64,000 bases of DNA, taken from NCBI GenBank assembly GCA_965237525.1, contig CBDEFO010000004.1:32001-96000 (forward strand), given 5' to 3'. Both the position numbers and the translations under genes were made by a program. Under the pieces are notes generated by a model. It did no database searches, was not told the origin of the DNA, and saw only the letters and a list, made by a program, of their open reading frames with translations. The stretch is from Candidatus Latescibacterota bacterium. GTDB lineage: Bacteria; Latescibacterota; CBDEFO01. Each line of letters opens with the position of its first letter. Position 1 is the first letter of the stretch. Positions 20,685 through 29,813 of the stretch are shown here, one piece after another.

Positions 20685-23180
20685 ATGTTCAAAGTGACCT
20701 CTATATGCGTTGGTGTGATGGTGGTTTTCCTGGCGTCGAGAGTTATCGCGCTACCTCCCGGGCGGCATCCAGTTCTCCTCTACGAAGAGGTTGATATTCC
20801 GGTCATCAAAGATAGGATCGAAAGGGAGCCTTACGCCTCGTGGTGGGCCTGGATAAAGGGAAAGTCCGATGAAGCTCTCTCCAAATCGGCAGGCCAGTTG
20901 GGGGATGAAAGGCAAAAGACGAGGTTTGCAAAGGCATTGGCGTTCGCATATATGATTACACAGGATTCGACCTACGCTCAGAAAGCAATAGATGTTATGA
21001 AGGCTGTGAAGTTCCCTCCCAGAGGGGGTAACCTGGGTGAGCCTCATGCCGAAGCAGAGGGGGCGGCTAACTATTTTGAGGCCTACGATATGCTGTATAA
21101 TTATCTCAGAGGTGATTTGGACTCTGATGGGACTATAAGGGCGATAGCCGCAGAAGAGGCCGACAGGCTCTACGGAGGGCTTTTTGTACAGTTGGGATTC
21201 TTCAAGATACCCCTTTGGCAGACTCCTCACAAGGACAACTGGCATATCAGGGCTTACTCAGCACTCGGAATGGGGGCGATCGTTCTGTCGGATTACGTAG
21301 GGGAAAGTTCGACTCCCGACCAGTGGGACGAAAGGGCCAGATCAGTGGTTATGGAGACTATGGATTATCAGATAGATGCAAATGGAGGATACGCCGAGGG
21401 ACCCTTCTACAGCCAATATGCAGCGGATATATATATGCCCTATCTGTTGGCTTTGAAGAGATTCTCAGGCGAGGACCTTTTGAATGATTCCAAGATCCAC
21501 TCTATGCACGATTGGTCTTTGAATATAAGGTTGCCAGATGGATCGAGGCCAAATGTGGACGATGCGCATCTGTCGTATTTCTTCGGGAATTACCTATCCT
21601 CAGTTTATCCAGACGGAGCAGTGCATGCCTGGGACTGGGGTAACGCAAGAGAGCTATACGCCGCCGATTTCTACAGGGTCGACGCTATAGTCTTATACGA
21701 CGACAGCATCGAGCCTGGTGAGCCAGATTTCAATCCGACGATATTTATGCCCGAAGCCGGTGATGCCGTATTCAGGAGCGACTGGTCGAGGGACGCTATA
21801 TATATGCTCTTAAGGGGAGAGCACGGAAAGGCAAGGACTAACGGTCTTTCACACGAGCACCCCGACGGCATCAGCTTTATCATCTTCGCCTACGGAGAGA
21901 TGTTAGCTCTGGACGCTGGATATATCGAGTTCGCACAGCACCACAAGGTCAACAAAGCGCTTAACCACAACCTCATCTTGGTCGATGGGAAGGGGCCTCC
22001 TCTAATCGAATTGTTGGGTAACGTTATAGGAGCAGGGGTGGATGCGACTATCAGTAACTTCTTCAGCACGAACTTCCTAGACTACGCGGAAGTGAAGGCA
22101 AGGTACCAGAATACGAATTTCGTAAGGAGCGTGTTCTTTGCGGATAATAAGTACTTCGTGATAATAGACGATATTGATGCTGGGGCGGTGCATACGTACG
22201 AATGGCTTCTGCACGGCAACGGAGGCGGCACGAGTGGTGGGGAATTTGAATCCAGGGAGAAAGGCGTAAAATGGAGGATCAACGATGTGGAGCTTATAGC
22301 CTACATAGCAGCTCCTAACAATGCAAAGATGATCCTAGAGGAGGGAGGCACAGCGGGTGTTCACTCCTTCAGCTACAGGCAGGAGTTGACGCATACAGTC
22401 TTGAAGGCGAGGGCTTCGGGAGAAGATTTGAAATTTCTGAGCGTGCTCTATCCTAAAGCTGTAGATAGCGATGAGCCTGAGATCATCGCGCTGGCCGCAG
22501 AAGGAGGAAGAGGAGTAAAGGTGAATGAAGATGTGATAGCGTACAAAAATAGGGACTCGGCGGGTTTAAGCTTACATAGTTTAAGTGCAGACAACGATAC
22601 CGTTCGGACAGATGGTGAAGCACTATTTGTTAAGTCGTCCCCGCGTCTGCAGCCCGCATTTGAACTGTTCGACAGAAACTCCTTCCCAGCGTGGCTCGGC
22701 TGGGGATCTGTAGGTAGATTCAGCGTTCTGGGCGGAAGATTCCTGAAAGTGGGATCTGACAGTCTATTTAGTTCATCGGAGAAGATAAGACTTGCGCTCG
22801 ATGCGAATGAGCTGGAATCCTCATTAGAGGGATATTTTAGCGGTCAAAATCCCTTCAGTCTAAAGTTGTGGACAACGCTGGAACCAGATTCAGTCTATGT
22901 AAATGACGCGCCCCTGGACTTTTCCTTCTCTCCCAAAAGTGACATCCTGACCTTAAATCTTCAGGGACAGGGAACTCTAAAGATGGTCCTTATACCTGTC
23001 AGGAGTGATTTCAACAGAGACCGTGATGTCGGTCTCGGAGATTTTGTACTATTCCTCGATGTCTTCGGATCATCCGCCGGGACAACGAATTATAGTCCTA
23101 TATTTGATTTAGACGAAGACGGTGAAGTCGGTTTGAGCGATTTTGTGATCTTTCTGGACGATTTTGGCAGCAGTGTATGA
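20685..23180 (+). CDS. secreted heparinase II/III-family polysaccharide lyase with C-terminal dockerin/EF-hand-like domain
   Basis: DNWH, YAEGPFY, FRSDWS, HEHPD, LDAGY, HNLILVDG; twin DFNRDRDVGLGDF/DLDEDGEVGLSDF repeats. Confidence 0.82.
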   Translation: MFKVTSICVGVMVVFLASRVIALPPGRHPVLLYEEVDIPVIKDRIEREPYASWWAWIKGKSDEALSKSAGQLGDERQKTRFAKALAFAYMITQDSTYAQKAIDVMKAVKFPPRGGNLGEPHAEAEGAANYFEAYDMLYNYLRGDLDSDGTIRAIAAEEADRLYGGLFVQLGFFKIPLWQTPHKDNWHIRAYSALGMGAIVLSDYVGESSTPDQWDERARSVVMETMDYQIDANGGYAEGPFYSQYAADIYMPYLLALKRFSGEDLLNDSKIHSMHDWSLNIRLPDGSRPNVDDAHLSYFFGNYLSSVYPDGAVHAWDWGNARELYAADFYRVDAIVLYDDSIEPGEPDFNPTIFMPEAGDAVFRSDWSRDAIYMLLRGEHGKARTNGLSHEHPDGISFIIFAYGEMLALDAGYIEFAQHHKVNKALNHNLILVDGKGPPLIELLGNVIGAGVDATISNFFSTNFLDYAEVKARYQNTNFVRSVFFADNKYFVIIDDIDAGAVHTYEWLLHGNGGGTSGGEFESREKGVKWRINDVELIAYIAAPNNAKMILEEGGTAGVHSFSYRQELTHTVLKARASGEDLKFLSVLYPKAVDSDEPEIIALAAEGGRGVKVNEDVIAYKNRDSAGLSLHSLSADNDTVRTDGEALFVKSSPRLQPAFELFDRNSFPAWLGWGSVGRFSVLGGRFLKVGSDSLFSSSEKIRLALDANELESSLEGYFSGQNPFSLKLWTTLEPDSVYVNDAPLDFSFSPKSDILTLNLQGQGTLKMVLIPVRSDFNRDRDVGLGDFVLFLDVFGSSAGTTNYSPIFDLDEDGEVGLSDFVIFLDDFGSSV

Positions 23181-23270
23181 GTAACAGGTGAACGGAGATG
23201 AGAGAACATGTCCCTATCTGCTGGACAGACAAGAATGTCTGTTTTACTTGCGAGATTGTTTGGCTGCCCC

Positions 23271-23969
23271 CTATTGGTCGGGTATATCGCCTTCCGCAAT
23301 AAGAGCCTCATCCCGGTATATCTTTTCATTGGTAGAGTTAAATTCATGTTTGACACTTATCTTCATGTCATAGATGGAATATATCGACCATTTTACCGGA
23401 ACATAACAATGTGAATCCGACTTCCTCCGTTCCTCTCTAGTTTCTATTTGAAAAGACGTAAGAAGATGGCGGGCGTCCACAAATATTTTAAGGTCCTTGT
23501 TGTCTGCCGGAGGGGAGAAATAAAAAGGCCTCTGAGATGTCCCGATATTCTTAATGTTATAAGTCTTGACCTCGAGGTAGGTAGGTCTACCATAGTTATC
23601 TTCTAGATAGAGATCTGGGTAGCCACCGGGCTTCTTTTTGCCAGCCTTAGTCGAAGGTGTATCCACAAGCAAACCTAATTCTTTGAGGGAATCACGCACA
23701 TAAGTCTCTATATCATTCCCCACTTCATTTGTCCTGCCACGGTATATACCGTCCCTATTGGCTCTAACTCCAGCCTTATATGCTGCCTTTTCCAAAAAGC
23801 TAAGGAGTTCTTCGTCTTGCTTATTACCACAAGGATCAAAGGGGATAACCTCACAGTCTGTAAGGGCTTTGATAGCTAGATAAAAGGGAATACCCTGAAT
23901 CCTATCAAAGAATGTCTTAACTGTGTCTTCAAGATCCCTTATGAGTTTGTCCTTATGGTTTTCAGGCAT
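23271..23969 (-). CDS. putative type II restriction endonuclease
   Basis: NEVGNDIE...GYPDLY...YLEVKT PD-(D/E)xK motif; directly downstream of an MTase remnant. Confidence 0.7.
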   Translation of the reverse strand: MPENHKDKLIRDLEDTVKTFFDRIQGIPFYLAIKALTDCEVIPFDPCGNKQDEELLSFLEKAAYKAGVRANRDGIYRGRTNEVGNDIETYVRDSLKELGLLVDTPSTKAGKKKPGGYPDLYLEDNYGRPTYLEVKTYNIKNIGTSQRPFYFSPPADNKDLKIFVDARHLLTSFQIETREERRKSDSHCYVPVKWSIYSIYDMKISVKHEFNSTNEKIYRDEALIAEGDIPDQ

Positions 23970-23971
23970 AA

Positions 23972-24365
23972 TCAGTTCTGCTTCCTGTAAATCTGGATAA
24001 ATTCTTCCTGAATGACATTGTATAAGCCGAAAATGATCTTATCTGCTTCCTCAATGAGCTCGAATCCAGCCTTTTTACAGGACTCTTTAGCACACTTAGA
24101 AGTTTCCACTTCTTCACCTTGGTAGGTAACATTACCGATGACTACAACGCATCATTTACCAGGTTTTAAAACTCTATACATATGCTTGAAGCACTGATCC
24201 ATGTCCATATTGTAAAGCCCAAAGCGTTCAACACCGTGGCCCCTTACCCCTATAAAGTTATCCTGTATAGTTTCTAAATTCTTACCCATAGCCTCAAGAG
24301 CGTGTGCATCGTTCTTAACATAGTTAAGGGCTATGGAATAAGGTGGAGAAGTAATAATACCATTG
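23972..24365 (-). pseudogene. C-terminal remnant of an N4-cytosine-type DNA methyltransferase
   Basis: manual translation GIITSPPYSIALNY...YRVLKPGK*CVVVIGN; 5' part replaced by high-GC DNA. Confidence 0.8.
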
Positions 24366-24369
24366 GAGT

Positions 24370-25374
24370 GTCGGCGCAGCCGTCCGCATCGAGGATTTCT
24401 ACGACAGGTTCGGCACCACGATGAACAGCAAGCTGTCGGGACGGTACGCCTTCACCGATGCGTTCGCAGTGCGCGGCGGCGTCAGCAGCGGGTTCCGCGC
24501 TCCGACGCCCGGCCAGCAGAATGTGCTGAACGTGACAACCGAGTTCGATTACGAAATCGGAGACCTGATCAACAATGGCGCGATCCCGTCGACCTCCCGG
24601 TTGGCGGCGCTCCGGGGCGGCATGCCGCTGCAGCCTGAAAATTCGATCAACTACTCCGTCGGAACGGTGGTCGACAGCGGCACTTTCATGTTCACGGCGG
24701 ACTACTTCCGCATCGACGTAGACAACCGGCTCACGCTTACGCGGAACTACAACCTCACACCCGACGAAAAAGCGACGCTGATTGCCGACGGGGTTGCGGA
24801 GGCCGGCAACCTGACGGCGTTCCGCTTCTTCGTGAATGACTTCACGACGCGGACACAGGGAATCGACATCGTCTCGACCTGGACCCCGCTGGCTATCGGC
24901 GGGCGGACGACGTTCAGCGGCGTCTACAACTTCACCGACACCGAGGTCACCGACCACACCCCGGAGCATATCGACGCGGACTGTATCGCCGCCCTGACGT
25001 TGGGACTGCCCCGGACGCGCTGGAACATCGGGGCCAACCACACCGAGGACCATTGGACCCTCATGGCGCGTCTACACTACTACCGTGCGTACTGGGATCG
25101 CGAGGACGCGCGCGCGCAACTGGGTAGCGCCATGTCGTACCTGTTTCCGCTTTACTCCGGCAAGCCGTTGGTCGACCTGGAGGTCGGCTTCCCGTTGAAC
25201 AATGTCACGCTGTCGGTCGGCGCCCAGAACATCTTCAACACCTACCCTGACGAGAACCGCACCGCCGTCGATGGCGGCAACGTCAATCGGTACGGCCAGT
25301 TCGGGCCGTTCGGCTTCAACGGCGGCTACTACTACGTGCGCATCAACTACGGGTGGGGCTCCGCCGGCATGTAG
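24370..25374 (+). pseudogene. C-terminal part of a TonB-dependent receptor (high GC)
   Basis: SSGFRAPT, LQPENS, DYFRIDV, VGAQNIFNTYP, FGFNGGYYYVRINY; 5' portion absent. Confidence 0.85.
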
Positions 25375-26228
25375 CTAGCAGGACGCAAGATCGCCGGGGC
25401 ATTCGGGCGAACCCGAACGCCCCGGGTTGCGGTCTCGAAGAACGCTCGGCTCTGCGTCAGATCAGTTGTTTTCCACGGGGAGCAGTCCACTTCGCGCGCC
25501 CGCGGCGAATGGGATGGTCACCAACAGGCCGGTCACCAGTGCCCAGGTGACCGGGGGACGATTCGTCAAGCCTCGACGCATTTCGTGACTCCAGATTGAG
25601 AGGCGGGATCTTCGTCACAGTCCGGCAGTATGGCAGCCGTTGAATCGGCCGGCGTACTTAGGCGGACAAGCGGACCGCTCGTCGCGGCAGACGGCAATCA
25701 CTCCGTCGTGCGGCGCATCAAGCCGCTGCGCGGCTCCTTCACTCCGTTACGGCTCTTCGAGTGGCCCGCCGAGTAGTGTCTCAGTTTGAAATTTCAGGAT
25801 GTTAACCCGTGTCTGGGCTGGCCCCACGGTGGGTGGCAGGGAGCCGTTGACGCGCCTGGCGTGCTGCGGCTATCCGGGGTCTTCCAGGTGGTGATGGGGG
25901 ACCACCTCCCTAATTATTTGGCATAAATGCTAGGTTTTTGTGCTGTTTGTCTGTGTTATCTACAGTTCTGCCCCAATTTTTTGAGTTCGTCTGAGCCGAG
26001 TTCTGGGCTTTGGGGGGTGGGGGTGTTGCTACGTTGGTACTCGATGGTGAGCCAATGTTTCTTCCCTGGCGAGAAGGGCGCCAGCGGCGAGAGGAAGATG
26101 GCCGTCTTGACACGCGGCGACGTCAAACGGCGGTCGGTCAGCCCAGGTTCGTTCAGAATCAGGAGGGCGGTCCAACTGGTGGGAGGTCCTACACCGCCTC
26201 GAGTTGTTCGTACTCTGCTTCCGGAAGC

Positions 26229-26610
26229 TCAGGAGCCATTCCGGGTCCACACGACCCCAATCAGTCTGGGAATCCCCACCAGGAGGAGATACGGGATCAG
26301 GCCATAGAGCAGGACCCCCGGAGGGCCAAATAGCCCCCCCACGAGGCTCCCGGCGACCGCAACGGGGGTGGCCAGGAACGTCGCGCCCAGCAGCAGCGTG
26401 CGGAACCGACCGGTCGTGCCGCGGAGAAGGCGTTCCACCACCCAGCCAATGACCCAGCCCGTGACGAAGAACAGACCCAGCCCGATCCACATCAGCGGAT
26501 TCACCAACTGCAGCTGGGCCGTGCTGTCTCCAAAGCGGTAGAGCGCGAGGAGGGTTTGCAGGGCCACCATGCCCGCCCCGCATCGCACTGGGATCCCCCA
26601 GGCGCACCAT
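26229..26610 (-). CDS. hypothetical membrane protein, start uncertain
   Basis: several hydrophobic helices in the 3' half of ORF 26229..26864. Confidence 0.4.
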
Positions 26611-27077
26611 GTCACCATGGGATCACCAGCCAGACACGGGCTCGCAATCGCCGAAACCGCCAAGCGTGTGTCGTTGACATCTGGGTTCTGGATGGTGCTG
26701 GCTCTTGCACGACGTGCGAACCTCCGGTGAGTACGTTCCAGCCGGGATTTCCATTTTGGCCGTCCAGGTCGGCACTGGTATACACCAAACGCCCTTCCGG
26801 ACCTAGGTGCCTCTGAGCCGTAGCCTTCAGGCGGCGCAACGGCGGCCGGGTGGGCTGGGGCCACGAGTGGTGCCCGATTCCCAGCCGGCTGCCCGGACCC
26901 TGTCCGAGTGGTCGCGCATCGAAGCCGTGCCGGTCGGCACCCTCACGCTGACCCTGGATGATTCGAGCACACGCCCCCTGGCAAGAGATCGGCCGTGCAT
27001 ATTTGTGTTTATTCATCGTTCGAGGGGTGATTATCTACTTGACTAACTTTCACCGAGGGACGTAATATATGAGCGGA

Positions 27078-28263
27078 TTAGGTGAGTTGGAGCTTGGCTT
27101 TCAGGTACTCCATGCCCCGGTCGCCCTTGATGCGGTTACAGGACCCACAGAGCAACTGGAGATTCTCCAAGTGATCGGTGCCGCCCTTTGCTCGGGAGAT
27201 GATGTGATCGACTTCCAGGTGTCGCGCCTCGAAGTGGGTATCGCACCCGGCGCAGTTTCCTCCCTGGCTGCCGTAGAGTGTCTGTCTGTGCGTTCGAGGG
27301 ACCGCGAGTGCGCCGATGTCCGTCCGGCGCAGAACGTCTTTTCTGTGGACGATCTCGCGCCACAGGCCCTGCCTGTCTTCGATACGGGATACGACCAACT
27401 CCGCAGCCCTGCTCGAGACGTCAATTCCGGTCCAATTTCTACCAAGGTCCTCGGCGGCCACGCATGTTGTGGCGCATCCACAGAACGGGTCCAGCACCAT
27501 ATCACCCTCGTTCGAGCTGGCGCGGATGATCCGCTTCAAGAGAGCTATGGGTTTCTGCGTTGGATAGCCGGTTTTCTCCGTCGAGAAACTCTTGATCATG
27601 ATCGAATCGAGCACATCTTCGGAATGACAATTCCACGTATCCTCAATAGGGATTCCCTTGCCGGTCGGCTTCTTCCCGTCGCGGCGTACATAGTCTTTCC
27701 GGTAAGGGATGTACTCTTTATTGAACCCTCCTATTGCTTTGTCGCTTTTCAGGTAGTAGAAGATCGTTTCATGGTTGCGAATCCATCCGAGTTTCTGAGT
27801 CTTGAACCCAGAGATCCACCCTATCCGCCAAACAATTTCATTGCGGAAGTTCTGGTGCCCGAAGACCGCATCCATGACGAGCTTAAGGTAATGGCTCATT
27901 GTGGGATCGCAGTGCAGATAGATCGAACCCGTAGGCTTGAGGAGCCGCTGTATCTCCAAGAGGCGTGCAGCCATGTAAACGAGATAGGACTTGTCGCTTG
28001 GGGTCACGGCAGCGAGCAGGACTCGGTACAACACCGGGTGCTTGGCTTCAATCAGGTTGGATCCACTCGACATCTACATCGGAGAGGGTCCACGTGTCCT
28101 TGAACGCCGCTCCGGCGGCCTTGGAGCCTATGGGAGCGGAATAGTCCGCTTTCGAGTTGAATGGAGGATCGAGGTAGATCAGGTCCACGGACTCGGAATT
28201 CATGCCCCGCATGACATAGAGGCAGTCGCCGGTCCAGATCGTCTTGGGCTCCCAGTTGATCAC
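27078..28263 (-). pseudogene. adenine DNA methyltransferase fused to C-terminal HNH nuclease, one frameshift near 28060
   Basis: IYLDPPF, YPTQKP, DPFCGCATT; CAGC...EVDHII...GGTDHLENLQLLCGSCN. Confidence 0.87.
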
Positions 28264-29150
28264 CTAGGCGACCAGCTGGGAGTATTTGAGCTTGCCCGGT
28301 GTCCATGATGCGACGGAGGGGGTATCGCGGAAGATGTGCGGGTTGTCACGGTTGTTGTACCGCCACTCAAGCTCTTCCAGGTAGCGGTCCATATGCTTGA
28401 CGCTCATCTTGTGGAACGTGCCGACGATGGAGCGCTTGAACAGGCTCCACACGCCCTCGATGCTGTTGGTGTGGACGTCGCCGATCACCCATTCCTCGGC
28501 GGAGTGATTCACGGTCTCATGGCGTGTGTCATCGTCACTGATCCCGATATAACTCTTGAGATCGTCGGTGTAGATTGCTTCCGCCTCGTCCTTCACGGTG
28601 CGCCGTACGAACTCATGGAGCGTGTCACGCCTCACGTTGGGGATGCGCTCGACGCGGACGCGGCCTCCGCGCTCGATGGCTCCGGCCACCCAGTACTTGT
28701 GTCGCGCCAGTTCTCACCCTTGCTCTTACCGCCGACCATCGTCTCGTCCACTTCTACGACTCCGACCAACGTAGGGCCAGAGAACGGATTGTTGCTCATT
28801 GCCTCTCGGATCCGGTGGCAGAGGAACCAAGCCGTTTTGTACGCGACCCCCAAGGTGCGCTTAAGCTGATTGGCGCTCATGCCCTTCTTGGACTCGCACA
28901 TGAGGTAGATGGCCAGGAACCACTTGCGGAGCGGCAGGTGCGATCCGTGCATAATGGTGCCGGTTGTCACGCTGAACCGATAGTCGCAGCCCCGGCAGCC
29001 CCACAGGTTGTATTCCCCGAGGTCGTGAATGTCCGTGTCACCGCACCGGATGCAGCAGACGCCTTCGGGCCAGCGCAGCGATTCCAGCAGGTTCCGGCAG
29101 GCTTCATCGTTGTTGTAGCGGTCGATCAACTTAATGAGGTTCATAGCCAT
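28264..29150 (-). pseudogene. IS1595 transposase A, frameshifted near 28700
   Basis: RWPEG, CxxC zinc ribbon, VEVDET, YTDD, VNHS, HTNSIEGVWS. Confidence 0.9.
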
Positions 29151-29328
29151 GACTCAGATTTCCAGGAAAAAGCGCAAGCTGCCTAAGAACGTGACGGAAC
29201 TTCCCGACCACGAGCTTATGGAGTGGTTGTTCGGCAAGCGCGTTATGAAGGAGATGGACGCGATTGTAGCCGAGCGGTCAGAGCCGGAAGTTGTAGCGTC
29301 CCAATACGATACGATGTCCATAGACTAA
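29149..29328 (+). CDS. small basic protein divergent from transposase A (59 aa)
   Basis: MTQISRKKRKLPKNVTELPDHELMEWLFGKRVMKEMD; homologous ORF at the same position in element B. Confidence 0.65.
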   Translation: MTQISRKKRKLPKNVTELPDHELMEWLFGKRVMKEMDAIVAERSEPEVVASQYDTMSID

Positions 29329-29371
29329 ATATAAGGACTTGGGCACCGTTAGTCAAGTAGATAATCACCCC

Positions 29372-29509
29372 TGCTTCCAGTGAGATCAGATCCAATCCCA
29401 GAGTGAAACAAGCCACTCAAGCTCTCGCAACCATCTCGAAACCCGCACGAGATTCCGCATCCAGCCACACTACATCCCCTCTTATTCTTTGTCAAGTGCA
29501 TAATTACCC
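29372..29509 (+). mobile_element. orphan right end of IS1595 element B
   Basis: near-identical to 34868-35005 including the TIR. Confidence 0.9.
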
Positions 29510-29760
29510 ATCATTCTCCTCTGCCTTCGCTGGTATTTTCGCTTCAAACTGAGTTATCGAGATCTGGCCGCGATTTTAGGCGAGCGGGGTTTATCGATTT
29601 CGCACTCCACGATTTTGCGTTGGGTGGTTCGCTATGCGGACACGTGTGAAAAGCGCTGGTACTGATTCGAGCACCCGGTGGGTGGGAGCTGGCGGGTGGA
29701 TGAAACGTTTACCAAGGTGCGGGGCCAGTTGATGTATCTGTACCGCGCAGTGGATGGACG
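29510..29760 (+). pseudogene. IS6-family transposase remnant
   Basis: IILLCLRWYFRFKLSYRDL...HSTILRWV...GSWRVDETFTKVRGQLMYLYRAVD with an internal stop. Confidence 0.85.
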
Positions 29761-29813
29761 TCGGCGACGTGGGATCGAGCCATTCATCGAACTGCGGTCC
29801 GTGGCTTTTCTCT

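Larger units (their letters stand above)
27024..29371 (-). mobile_element. IS1595-family element A with passenger MTase-HNH gene
   Basis: perfect 24-bp TIR GGGGTGATTATCTACTTGACTAAC. Confidence 0.9.

Noticed and set aside
27069..28103. 344-aa plus-strand ORF and other long antisense ORFs over IS3 and high-GC genes
   Set aside because: Fully overlap recognisable genes on the other strand and show no motifs.
25780..29553. 11-bp inverted match CTCAGTTTGAA / TTCAAACTGAG as possible element ends
   Set aside because: The right-hand copy is coding sequence of the IS6 remnant (RFKLSY).
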